Part shown: piece after piece, positions 45,849 through 54,383 of the stretch
Layout of the letters: every line of letters begins with the position of its first letter
Position numbering within the stretch: the stretch's first letter is position 1
DNA from: Candidatus Beckwithbacteria bacterium GW2011_GWC1_49_16
GTDB lineage: Bacteria > Patescibacteriota > Microgenomatia > UBA1400 > CG1-02-47-37
Assembly: GCA_001029675.1 (NCBI GenBank)
Contig: CP011210.1
Coordinates: 841,280 to 905,279 of the forward strand
Length of the DNA stretch: 64,000 nucleotides
Direction: 5' to 3'
Position numbers and translations under genes: made by a program
The notes under the pieces: generated by a model
Database searches by the model: none
The model's input: only the letters and a program-made list of their open reading frames with translations
What the model was told of the DNA's origin: nothing

Positions 45849-45865
45849 AACACTCCGGGAGTGTT
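45849..45865. repeat. REP-like palindrome variant downstream of rpsI
   Basis: AACACTCCGGGAGTGTT; same ACAC-N-CCGGG-N-GTGT core. Confidence 0.65.
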
Positions 45866-45880
45866 AGAGATTAGGAAGGA

Positions 45881-46294
45881 TTAGCGCTTGGGAGATTGTT
45901 TCTGGCGACGGGATTTACCGCCCTTGCCGGCTTGGCGGCGCTGCCTTTTTCTGGGGTCGCGGGTTAAAAGGTCGTACTTTTTTAACAGGGGTTTGAATTT
46001 ATCCTCATTGGCTTTGACGAGAGCCCGCGATAGACCGTGGGTGACGGCAACCAATTGGCCCGAAGGGCCGGAACCGACTACCTTGACGGATGCCGAGTAG
46101 CGGTCGATGACGCCGACGGCCTCAAAGGGCTTGAGATAAAGTTTTTTAGCCAGCTGGCCGGGAAAATAGTCCCCGATGGGCTTGTCGTTGACGGTAATCT
46201 CCCCTGGCTTTCTGAACAACCTGACCCGGGCGATGGCCCGTTTTCTGCGGCCGACGGCAAAGATGAAGTTGCTCTTTTTAGTCTTTTTTGGCAT
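45881..46294 (-). CDS. rpsI: 30S ribosomal protein S9
   Basis: GRRKRAIARV, LLTRDPR, QSPKR. Confidence 0.97.
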   Translation of the reverse strand: MPKKTKKSNFIFAVGRRKRAIARVRLFRKPGEITVNDKPIGDYFPGQLAKKLYLKPFEAVGVIDRYSASVKVVGSGPSGQLVAVTHGLSRALVKANEDKFKPLLKKYDLLTRDPRKRQRRQAGKGGKSRRQKQSPKR

Positions 46295-46709
46295 GGGGCT
46301 TTAGCTGACTTTGGTGGGGGTGGGTGGCGTCTGGGAAAACTTTGAGGCGGCGCAGTCTGGGGTCACGAAGTTTGTTTTGGGGCAACATTCTTTTGACCGC
46401 CATTTCGATGATTTTTCTGGAGTCTTTGGCAAGCTGTTTGGCGAAAGTGATTGACTTTAAGCCGCCGGGGTAATTTGAGTGATGGTAGTAGGTTTTTTGG
46501 GTGGACTTTTTGCCGGTGACTTCGATTTGGTCGGAATTTATCACCACCACGTAGTCGCCGCAGTCAAGGTAAGAGGTAAAGTAGGGCTTGGATTTACCCA
46601 TGAGAAGCTGGGCGACTTTGGTGGCAAAGCGGCCCAAGATCTGGCCTTTGGCGTCGAGAAGATGCCAGGCTCTGGTAATGTCTTTTGGTTTGGTGGAGTA
46701 AGTCTTCAT
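46278..46709 (-). CDS. rplM: 50S ribosomal protein L13
   Basis: DAKGQILGR, DCGDYVVVIN, YPGGLK. Confidence 0.97.
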   Translation of the reverse strand: MKTYSTKPKDITRAWHLLDAKGQILGRFATKVAQLLMGKSKPYFTSYLDCGDYVVVINSDQIEVTGKKSTQKTYYHHSNYPGGLKSITFAKQLAKDSRKIIEMAVKRMLPQNKLRDPRLRRLKVFPDATHPHQSQLKPHAKKD

Positions 46710-47257
46710 TAGTGTTTTTGACGGCCGGCTTTTTTAAGGTAGCGGGCGAAAAGGCCGCGGCGCTCGGTCTTCTCCTCCGGGGCTTGGGGAGTCGCAGATT
46801 TTACTTTAAGGTCGGACCTTCCCTCACTGCGTTCGGGTTGCCCAGACCGCTTCGCGGTCTTCCCCTTTAAGGTCCGACCTTTGGTCTTGGCTTTAGGCGG
46901 AGCCTTGTCTACCAGCTCGAGGCGGGCCATCATGGCGTTGTCTCCAACCCGCCTGCCGACGCGAATCAGCCGGGTAAAGCCGGAGAGGCGCTTTTTGGTG
47001 CGGGGGGCGATGTCGTCAAAAAGCTTGTGGACTGCCGTCTTGTCCGGCAAGAAAGCCAACAGCTGCCGCCGGGACGAAAGCGAGCCTTTTTGGGCCCGGG
47101 AAATTAATTTATCGACCAGGCCCTTGACCGCCTTGGCTTTGGCCTCGGTGGTCAAAATCGCTTCTTTGAGGATCAACGACCGGGCCAACCCTTTGAACAG
47201 GGCTTGGCGCTTTTTGGTGTTGCGGCCGAGCTTGAGGCCTTTTTTACGATGCCTCAT
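46709..47257 (-). CDS. rplQ: 50S ribosomal protein L17 with palindrome-containing C-terminal extension
   Basis: MRHRK...LGR, TTEAKAK, GFTR...RVGDNA. Confidence 0.95.
   Translation of the reverse strand: MRHRKKGLKLGRNTKKRQALFKGLARSLILKEAILTTEAKAKAVKGLVDKLISRAQKGSLSSRRQLLAFLPDKTAVHKLFDDIAPRTKKRLSGFTRLIRVGRRVGDNAMMARLELVDKAPPKAKTKGRTLKGKTAKRSGQPERSEGRSDLKVKSATPQAPEEKTERRGLFARYLKKAGRQKH
46804..46881. repeat. Composite palindromic element inside rplQ
   Basis: AAGGTCGGACCTT and AAGGTCCGACCTT bracket CCCTCACTGCGTTCGGG and AGACCGC-TTC-GCGGTCT. Confidence 0.8.
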
Positions 47258-48174
47258 TAACCTTTGACCTTTATGCCTTTGGCTTTTAATTTTTTAATGA
47301 TGATGTCGACCGACTTACCGCCGAGGTTTTTGACTTTGGCGATGTCGGCGACGCTGACGCCGGCAAAGTCCTTGACCGTGGCGTAGCCGCCTTTTCTTAG
47401 GGCGTTGGCGATACGCGTGGGTAAGTCTAGCTCCTCGACCGAGAGCTTGAGAGCCTCGTCGTCGTCCTCTTTGACCACCTCTTCCGCCTTGGCTTTCTCG
47501 AAAGTCGGCTCGACTATTTGGGTAAAGGAGGCGATCAAGATCCGGGCGGCGTGGCTTAGCGCCTCGGCGGGCTTGATGGAGCCGTCGGTGGTAATCTCCA
47601 GCACCAGCTTGTCCAGGTCGGTGCGCCTGCCGACGCGGGCGGTGTCGACGTGGTACTTGACGCGCAAAACCGGAGAAAAGGTGGCGTCTAAGACTATCTC
47701 GCCTAACTTTTCCGGCTGGCGGTCTTTGCTCGATTGGTAGCCGTAGCCGGGGCTGATGGTGAGCTTAGCCTCGAGTTTGGCTTTTTTGTCAGAAAGATCG
47801 GCTAAAACCAGGTCGGCGTTGACCACTTTGACCTTGGCCGGGGCCTTGATGTCGCCGGCTTTGATTTTGCCCGGGCCGGTGGCGGTGATTTCCGCCTCGA
47901 CCGGTTTGTCGCCCGTAAACTTAAAGCGAACCTGCTTTAAGTTTAACAAGAATTCGACCACGTCCTGGCGCATGCCGGAAAGCGTGGTAAATTGGTGGCT
48001 GACGCCCTCGATTGATACCTTGGTGACGGCGGCGCCGGGAAGGCTGGTTAAGAGCACCCGCCGAATGGCGTTGCCGAGAGTCAAGCCGTAGCCGGGCTCG
48101 AGCGGCGAAAGCTCGAAGCGGCCGAAATCGCGACTGACGGCCCGGGCAGTGGTTTTAAAGTTTACTTTTAACAT
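47257..48174 (-). CDS. rpoA: RNA polymerase alpha subunit
   Basis: PLEPGYGLTLGNAIRRVLL, FSPV, alpha-CTD NLGGKS. Confidence 0.97.
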   Translation of the reverse strand: MLKVNFKTTARAVSRDFGRFELSPLEPGYGLTLGNAIRRVLLTSLPGAAVTKVSIEGVSHQFTTLSGMRQDVVEFLLNLKQVRFKFTGDKPVEAEITATGPGKIKAGDIKAPAKVKVVNADLVLADLSDKKAKLEAKLTISPGYGYQSSKDRQPEKLGEIVLDATFSPVLRVKYHVDTARVGRRTDLDKLVLEITTDGSIKPAEALSHAARILIASFTQIVEPTFEKAKAEEVVKEDDDEALKLSVEELDLPTRIANALRKGGYATVKDFAGVSVADIAKVKNLGGKSVDIIIKKLKAKGIKVKG

Positions 48175-48182
48175 GTAACTCC

Positions 48183-48791
48183 TTACCTGGAGTAAAACTC
48201 CACTATTTGTTGTTCTTGAATGTTGGCGTCGACTTCTTCGCGCTGGGGCAAGCGCTCCACTTTGGCCACGGCGGCCTTACGTTTAATCCATTTGGGGGGT
48301 GAAAAATCCTTGTCGCTAAGAAGTTCGGCGACGTGGGGAACTTTTTGGCCTTTGTCGGTCAAGCTGACTACGGCTCCCGGTTTGACTTCGTAAGAGGGGA
48401 CGTCGATTTTTTTGCCGTCGACTAAGACGTGGCCGTGGCCGACCAATTGTCTGGCGGCGGCGCGGGTGGGGGCGAGCCCAGCCCGGTAGATAATGTTGTC
48501 GAGACGGGATTCAAGAATTTCTAACAATTTGGCGCCGGTGGCGGCCTTTAACTTTCTGGCCCGGTTGTAGTAGCGGCGGAACTGGCGTTCGAGGACGCCG
48601 TAGTAGGCCCTTAACTTTTGTTTTTCGGTTAGCTGGAGGGCGTAGTCGGAACGTTTTCTGATATAGCGCTGGCCGTGGTGGCCGGGGCGGTGGGGTTTTT
48701 TGGCCAAAATCTTGTCGAACTTGGGGTTGCCGAAGATATTTTCGTTGAAAAGTCTGACCACTTTGGCTCTGGGTGTATTTGCTCTTGCCAT
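48183..48791 (-). CDS. rpsD: 30S ribosomal protein S4
   Basis: EKQKLR.YG, LESRLDN, ARQLVGHGH, IVEFYSR. Confidence 0.97.
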   Translation of the reverse strand: MARANTPRAKVVRLFNENIFGNPKFDKILAKKPHRPGHHGQRYIRKRSDYALQLTEKQKLRAYYGVLERQFRRYYNRARKLKAATGAKLLEILESRLDNIIYRAGLAPTRAAARQLVGHGHVLVDGKKIDVPSYEVKPGAVVSLTDKGQKVPHVAELLSDKDFSPPKWIKRKAAVAKVERLPQREEVDANIQEQQIVEFYSR

Positions 48792-48796
48792 ATAAA

Positions 48797-49156
48797 TTAA
48801 CCCCTCCGCCTCTTTTTGGGCCGGCAGCCGTTGTGGGGCATGGGAGAAACGTCGGCTAACTCAATTACTCTGATGCCGCTGGCTCTTAAAGCGCTCAAGG
48901 CGGCGTCGCGGCCGGAGCCGGGGCCTTTGATGAAGACTTGGGCAGAAGTTAACCCTTGGTCTTTGGCTTTTTTTAAAACGGCGTCGATGGCGGTGGTGGC
49001 GGCAAAGGGAGTGGATTTTCTGGCGCCTTTAAAGCCGGATGAACCGGTCGAACCCCAGAGGGCGACTTGGCCGTCCGGGTCGGTAACGGTGATGATGGTG
49101 TTGTTGAAGGTGGCGGTGATGTAGATGCGGCCCTGGTTCAACGATTTTTGGGTCAT
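48797..49156 (-). CDS. rpsK: 30S ribosomal protein S11
   Basis: TFNNT, GFKGARKSTPFAA, PHNGCRP. Confidence 0.97.
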   Translation of the reverse strand: MTQKSLNQGRIYITATFNNTIITVTDPDGQVALWGSTGSSGFKGARKSTPFAATTAIDAVLKKAKDQGLTSAQVFIKGPGSGRDAALSALRASGIRVIELADVSPMPHNGCRPKKRRRG

Positions 49157-49159
49157 AGG

Positions 49160-49558
49160 TTATTTTTTGGCCTCTTCAACTTTGGTGGCTTCTTCTTTTT
49201 TAAGGGCGCCGACGGTCATGCGTTTACCTCTTTTGGTGCGGGCGTTGTGGCGGGTTCTCTGGCCGCGGGCGGGAAGATTTGCCGAGTGGCGTTTGCCCCG
49301 GTAGGTGCCGATTTGCTTTAAACGCTTGATGTTGTCGCGGACGGTCTTTCGTAAGTTGCCTTCGGTGGAGACGGTGTCTAAGGCCTTAGCCAAGCGGCTG
49401 ATCTCGTCGGGAGTTAAGTCGCGGGCTTTTTTGTCGGGGTCGACGTGGGCCAGTTTTAAGATAGAGCCGACGTTGCCCCGGCCGATGCCAAAGATGGCGG
49501 TTAAGGCGATTTCGGTTCTTTTTTGCTCTGGTAGGTCAATACCTGATATGCGGGGCAT
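49160..49558 (-). CDS. rpsM: 30S ribosomal protein S13
   Basis: RISGIDLP, IFGIG, RGQRTRHNART. Confidence 0.97.
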   Translation of the reverse strand: MPRISGIDLPEQKRTEIALTAIFGIGRGNVGSILKLAHVDPDKKARDLTPDEISRLAKALDTVSTEGNLRKTVRDNIKRLKQIGTYRGKRHSANLPARGQRTRHNARTKRGKRMTVGALKKEEATKVEEAKK

Positions 49559-49560
49559 AT

Positions 49561-49674
49561 TTAGCCTTGTCTCTGTTTATGCCGCGGGTTGGTGCAAACG
49601 ACGTAGACCTTCCCCTTGCGGCGAACGATTTTACATTTGAGGCATCTTTTTTTGACTGATGCTTGGACTTTCAT
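49561..49674 (-). CDS. rpmJ: 50S ribosomal protein L36 (below ORF-track cutoff)
   Basis: Manual translation [37 protein letters not shown]. Confidence 0.97.
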   Translation of the reverse strand: MKVQASVKKRCLKCKIVRRKGKVYVVCTNPRHKQRQG

Positions 49675-49719
49675 AAAATAACTTAATACTTAATACTAAA
49701 AACTTTGAGGTTTGAGCCC

Positions 49720-49941
49720 TTACTTGTTTCTGTAAACGATGCGACCCTTGGTGTCGTCATAGGGGGTCAGCTCGACCTTAACCTGGTCACCAGGAAGAAC
49801 TCTAATGCGGTACATTCTCATTTTGCCTGCCAGGTGACAAAGAAGGACTTTGTTTGAATTTTCAAGCTTGACTCTGAAGGTGGCGTTGGGCAGTGCCTCG
49901 ATTACCTCCCCTTCGACTGTGTTAGCGTCGCTGTCAACCAT
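49720..49941 (-). CDS. infA: Translation initiation factor IF-1
   Basis: [20 protein letters not shown]. Confidence 0.97.
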   Translation of the reverse strand: MVDSDANTVEGEVIEALPNATFRVKLENSNKVLLCHLAGKMRMYRIRVLPGDQVKVELTPYDDTKGRIVYRNK

Positions 49942-49953
49942 TTAGTCTGTTGA

Positions 49954-50718
49954 TTATACCATTTCTGTCAAAATTTGTGGGCCGGTGGTGGTGATAGCGA
50001 CGGTATCTTCAAACACAGCCGCTAGTTTACCATCGGCGGTAGCAATAGTCCAGTGGTCGGCCTCATCGGTAACGGTGTCGGGGGTGCCGGCCATGTAGAT
50101 GGCCTCGATCGCCAGGGTCATGCCGACAGTTAATTTGGGGCTTAATTCGATCGGCCCGTCGATAAAACAGGGCACGGCCGGAGCCTCGTGGAGCTGACGG
50201 CCCACGCCGTGGCCGGTGAGGTTGGTGGCCGGAGAGTAGCCGGCGGCAGTGATGGTATCCTCCAACGCTTGGGAAATGTGGCCGACGCGGTGGCCGGGGA
50301 CGGCTTGGGCGATAGCCAGTTTTAAGGCTTTTTTGCCCACGGCAAGGAATTTGAGCTTATCGGGGTAGAGATTTTTTTGCCTGGTGGCAGTGAAGCTAAC
50401 TGAAGTGTCGGTGTGAAAGCCTTGGTAGTAGAGGCCGACGTCGATAGAAACCAAGTCGCCTTCGGTTATTTTGGTGGCGGAGGGGATGCCGTGGACAATG
50501 CCGGAATTGAGGTTGACGCAGGTGGCAAAGCGGTAGCCGGGGACCAGGGCAAAAGAGGCCTGGCCGCCGGAATTGCTGATGAGTTTTTGGGCCAAGGCTT
50601 CGATTTGGGACAGGGCAACTCCGGGGGCGGCAAAGTTTACCAGTTGGTTTTTGATGGCGGCTAACTTCTTGCCGCCCTCCGCCATTGACTTGACTTTAAC
50701 GGCTAATTTTAAGTTCAT
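49954..50718 (-). CDS. map: Methionine aminopeptidase type I
   Basis: VHGIP, SIDVG, HTD, GHGVG...HEAP, AIE, FEDT. Confidence 0.95.
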   Translation of the reverse strand: MNLKLAVKVKSMAEGGKKLAAIKNQLVNFAAPGVALSQIEALAQKLISNSGGQASFALVPGYRFATCVNLNSGIVHGIPSATKITEGDLVSIDVGLYYQGFHTDTSVSFTATRQKNLYPDKLKFLAVGKKALKLAIAQAVPGHRVGHISQALEDTITAAGYSPATNLTGHGVGRQLHEAPAVPCFIDGPIELSPKLTVGMTLAIEAIYMAGTPDTVTDEADHWTIATADGKLAAVFEDTVAITTTGPQILTEMV

Positions 50719-51259
50719 TTAAAATGCTTCTTAGTTGGCCGTGGAAACGGTCCAGAGTCGAGTTGTTTTGCACCAGAAAGTCTGAAAGAGCAATCGGCCC
50801 GCCTTTGTTTAAATTTTCCAGTTCGGCCATGTCGCGGAGGCGGGCTTGGTCTGGTTGAAGCGGCCTGACGGCCCGAGAGCTCAAGCGGGCGTAGCGGACC
50901 GGCGGCTTGGCGTAAACGGCCAGCAAAATCAGGCCGGGAAAGGCCTGTTTTAGATAGAGGTATTCTTCCCAGGAATAAAGGCCGTCTAAGACCACCAAGG
51001 GGTGGTCGGCTAAAAGTTTTTTGACCTGGGGGGTTACCTTCCGGGCGTAGGCGTCCATGCCCAAGCGCTGGCGCAATCCCTCGCGAAAGGCCTTTTCGTT
51101 TGCCTCGGTTAAGGGCAGGTTTTGCTCTTTTAGGCCTTGGTCGGTGACGGCGCCGAAACGAACCACGGGGTAGCCTAGGCTTTTAAAAAAAGCGGCGGCG
51201 GCCGATTTGCCGGCTCCGGGCATGCCGACGACGGCGACGATGGCGGGTCTTGGGGTCAT
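50696..51259 (-). CDS. P-loop nucleotide kinase (dephospho-CoA kinase/UPF0200-like)
   Basis: VGMPGAGKS, VLDGL, GGPIALSD. Confidence 0.75.
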   Translation of the reverse strand: MTPRPAIVAVVGMPGAGKSAAAAFFKSLGYPVVRFGAVTDQGLKEQNLPLTEANEKAFREGLRQRLGMDAYARKVTPQVKKLLADHPLVVLDGLYSWEEYLYLKQAFPGLILLAVYAKPPVRYARLSSRAVRPLQPDQARLRDMAELENLNKGGPIALSDFLVQNNSTLDRFHGQLRSILNELKISR

Positions 51260-51834
51260 GACTTGGCGTTTACCAGGCCCAAAATATCTTGGTGGATGGC
51301 CTCGACTGACTGCTCGCCGTTAACCTCTTTTAACAAACCTTCTTGGCGGTAGAAATTTAAGACCTCTTCTTCCTGCTTTTGGTAGAGGTTGAGGCGCTGC
51401 CTGATCTTTTCCTGGCTGTCGTGGAGAGTACCGTCGGGGCTGACCCGGGCTCTGTTTAACAAGCGTTTGACCGACTCGGCCTCGGAGACTTTGAGGTAGA
51501 AAACGAAATTGACGTGATGGCCGTATTTGTCCAGTTTTTCGGCCAGAAACAGGGCTTGGGAGTGGTTTCGGGGAAAGCCGTCGATGATGAAGCCGGCGGC
51601 GACGTCTTTGTCTTTGAGGCGGGCCTTCCAGAGGACGAACATCTCCGAGTCGGCGACATAGTGGCCGGAGTTTAGGGCTTCACGGCAGGTTTGGCCCATG
51701 ACGCCGCGGTCTTTTTCAGCGTAGTGGCGGACCAAGTCGCCGGAGCCAAGGTAAGGCAGTTTCAATTTTTCTGCCAGGAGCTTGGCCTGGGTGGATTTGC
51801 CGGAACCCTCGGGGCCGTAAAAGATTATGTACAT
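51256..51834 (-). CDS. adk: Adenylate kinase (short LID)
   Basis: GPEGSGKSTQ, SGDLVR, GFIIDGFPRN; directly after secY. Confidence 0.9.
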   Translation of the reverse strand: MYIIFYGPEGSGKSTQAKLLAEKLKLPYLGSGDLVRHYAEKDRGVMGQTCREALNSGHYVADSEMFVLWKARLKDKDVAAGFIIDGFPRNHSQALFLAEKLDKYGHHVNFVFYLKVSEAESVKRLLNRARVSPDGTLHDSQEKIRQRLNLYQKQEEEVLNFYRQEGLLKEVNGEQSVEAIHQDILGLVNAKS

Positions 51835-51841
51835 AGGTTTA

Positions 51842-53122
51842 TTATAGAAAGCTGTCGTAATTTCTCATAATCAGCTGCGACTCTAGACTTTTGCTGACTT
51901 CTAAAACTACCGAGACGACGATTAAAATGCCGGTACCGCCGAGAGTCAGAGTGGTGATGCCGGTGAGCGACGAGGCGATGGAAGGGAGGATGGCGACTAA
52001 CCCTAAAAAGATAGCGCCGGCCAGGGTGATCCGGTTTAAGACGTAGGAAAGGTAGTCGGCGGTGGGGCGGCCGGGGCGGATGCCGGGAATGAAGCCGCCG
52101 TATTTTTTGATGTCGTCGGCAATTTTATCCGGGTTGAAGGTAACGGCGGTGTAAAAGTAAGTAAAGGCAACGACCAGGCCAAAGTAGATCAGGTGGTAGG
52201 GGGCGCGGTTGGGGTCAAACCAGTTGACCAATAACCCAGAAAGCCTGACCAGGGTAGGATTTGAAGCCTGCTGAAGCCAGCTGCCCAAGATGCTGGGCAT
52301 GACCACCAAGGAAACGGCAAAGATGATGGGAATGACGCCGGCTTGGTTGACGCGTAAGGGAAGATGGGTGCTGGTTCCGCCCTGGGAAGAGGTAGAAATG
52401 CGGCGGGCGTAGCGGACGGTGATTTGACGGGTGGCTTCGTTGACGTAGACGATGCCGGCGATGACCGCCAGCCCCATGATGGAAAAGGCGAGCAAATGAG
52501 ACAAGCTGACGGCTTGGATGATGGAGGTGGTCTGGAACAATGAGATGGGCAGGCGGCTGACGATGCCGGCAAAGATTAACAGCGAGATGCCGTTGCCGAG
52601 GCCGTATTCGGTGAGAAGCTCCCCCAGCCACATCAGTAAGCAGGTGCCGGCCACCATGGTGGTGACGATGGTGATGATGTCAGCCGGGCTGGTGGGGTTT
52701 AGTACCTGCTGGTTTCGGAGTAACACCACCATGCCGATTGATTGGAGGGCGGCCAAAGGCACGGTCAGAAGCCGGGTGTATTGGTTGATTTTTTCCCGGC
52801 CCAGATCGCCTTCTTTTTGTAAAGCCTCAAGCTTGGGGAAAACCATGGTCAGAAGCTGGAGGACAATCGAGGCGTTGATATAAGGGGCCAGCCCCAAGGC
52901 CATGACGGAAAAGTTGGCCAAGGTGCCCCCGGAAAAGATATCCAGTAGTCCTAATATTTGATTTGAAGCAAAAAGTTGGTTTAAAGCCACCAGGTCGACT
53001 CCGGGGGCGGGAACGTGGGCGATAAGGCGGAAAATGGCAAAAATCCCCAGGGTAATGAGGAATTTTTTTCTAAGCTCGGGGGTTTTAACGGCGTTTAAAA
53101 TCGAAGAGAAACGGTTAGTCAT
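51842..53122 (-). CDS. secY: Preprotein translocase SecY
   Basis: [34 protein letters not shown]. Confidence 0.98.
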   Translation of the reverse strand: MTNRFSSILNAVKTPELRKKFLITLGIFAIFRLIAHVPAPGVDLVALNQLFASNQILGLLDIFSGGTLANFSVMALGLAPYINASIVLQLLTMVFPKLEALQKEGDLGREKINQYTRLLTVPLAALQSIGMVVLLRNQQVLNPTSPADIITIVTTMVAGTCLLMWLGELLTEYGLGNGISLLIFAGIVSRLPISLFQTTSIIQAVSLSHLLAFSIMGLAVIAGIVYVNEATRQITVRYARRISTSSQGGTSTHLPLRVNQAGVIPIIFAVSLVVMPSILGSWLQQASNPTLVRLSGLLVNWFDPNRAPYHLIYFGLVVAFTYFYTAVTFNPDKIADDIKKYGGFIPGIRPGRPTADYLSYVLNRITLAGAIFLGLVAILPSIASSLTGITTLTLGGTGILIVVSVVLEVSKSLESQLIMRNYDSFL

Positions 53123-53574
53123 TTAACCTTCTCGATAATTTTGCCTCCGGCGGCGGTAATTTTTTTAGCCGCGGCCTTGGAGGTGGCTAAGGCCACTTTT
53201 AAACCCTTGGGGGCAACACCGTCGCCTAAAAGCTTGATGGGTAAATTTTGCGCGCTTGGGGGTAAAAGGCCGACTTTGACCAAGCTTTCCGGCGTCACCT
53301 CGGAGGTTTTTGGGAAATCTTTAAGATCTTTAAGGTTTAAGATGACGCTAGCAGTCTTAAAGGACTTAAACTTACCCTTACCGCGGAACATGGGCAGGCG
53401 GCGGATGAGGCTTTTTCTCATGGCCGTGCCTTCGAAATAAGTTTTGACTTTGCTTCGGGCCTTTTGGCCTTTGGCGCCGCGGCCTGAAGTGTGGCCGCCT
53501 TTGCCTGAGCCGTAGCCGCGGCCGGGGCGTTTTTTACTTTTGGTAACGGTTTTGGTTAACTTTTCAAGCTTCAT
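53119..53574 (-). CDS. rplO: 50S ribosomal protein L15
   Basis: [22 protein letters not shown]. Confidence 0.96.
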   Translation of the reverse strand: MKLEKLTKTVTKSKKRPGRGYGSGKGGHTSGRGAKGQKARSKVKTYFEGTAMRKSLIRRLPMFRGKGKFKSFKTASVILNLKDLKDFPKTSEVTPESLVKVGLLPPSAQNLPIKLLGDGVAPKGLKVALATSKAAAKKITAAGGKIIEKVK

Positions 53575-53582
53575 GAGTCTCC

Positions 53583-54050
53583 TTAAATTTTTTCTAATTT
53601 TTTTAATGCTTTAATGGTAGCATAAACGTTTGAGGCCGGATTTCTGGTACCCAAAACTTTGCTGGAAATGTTTTTGACGCCGGCGGCTTCCATGACGGCC
53701 CTGACCGGGCCTCCGGCGATGACTCCGCTGCCGGGAGGAGCGGGTTTGAGGAGGATTTTGGCGGCGCCGAACTTGAATATGATGTCGTGGGGAATGGTAT
53801 CGTTCTTAAGGGGAACGGTGATCAGGTTTTTCTTGGCGCGCCGGACACCCTTTTTGATGCCGCCGACGACGTCGGGAGCCTTGCCCAGGCCCACGCCGAC
53901 GCGGCCTTTTTTGTCGCCGACGACCATGAGCACCGAAAAGCCGATTTGGTTGCCGCCTTTGGTCTTTTTGGAAACGCGGCTGACCTGGATGACTTTTTCG
54001 TCAAATTCTTTGGGTTCTTGGCGGCGGGGATAGGACCTTGAATCTCTCAT
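53583..54050 (-). CDS. rpsE: 30S ribosomal protein S5
   Basis: [23 protein letters not shown]. Confidence 0.97.
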   Translation of the reverse strand: MRDSRSYPRRQEPKEFDEKVIQVSRVSKKTKGGNQIGFSVLMVVGDKKGRVGVGLGKAPDVVGGIKKGVRRAKKNLITVPLKNDTIPHDIIFKFGAAKILLKPAPPGSGVIAGGPVRAVMEAAGVKNISSKVLGTRNPASNVYATIKALKKLEKI

Positions 54051-54052
54051 AG

Positions 54053-54379
54053 TTAGAATTTTAAACCACCTTTGCGGGCTGCTTCAGCCAGGGCTTTGAC
54101 CCGGCCGTGGTAGCGGAAGCCGCCGCGGTCAAAAACCACTTTAATAATTTTTTTGGGTTTGGCGGCAGCGGCGATGGCCTCCCCGACTGATTCGGCCAGC
54201 TTGGTCTTTTTGATAGCGGCAGTTTTTTTAAGCTTCAAGCTTGAGGCAGAAGCTAAAATGTTGCCGGTTTTGGGTTCGATAATCTGGGCGTAGATTTGTT
54301 TGCCCGAACGAAAGACCGACAGCCGGGGTAAGTTTACCCGGCGGATTTTGGCGCGGACTCGTAACTTTCTTTGTTGCAT
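54053..54379 (-). CDS. rplR: 50S ribosomal protein L18
   Basis: [22 protein letters not shown]. Confidence 0.97.
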   Translation of the reverse strand: MQQRKLRVRAKIRRVNLPRLSVFRSGKQIYAQIIEPKTGNILASASSLKLKKTAAIKKTKLAESVGEAIAAAAKPKKIIKVVFDRGGFRYHGRVKALAEAARKGGLKF

Positions 54380-54383
54380 AAGT

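Noticed and set aside
1-45865. Palindromic repeats as a CRISPR array; Cas4-like nucleases as cas genes
   Set aside because: Copies are separated by whole genes or many kb rather than 30-40-bp spacers, and there is no cas1/cas2 or effector gene.
53575-53582. Absence of rpmD (L30) between rpsE and rplO
   Set aside because: Known CPR trait; used for taxonomy only.
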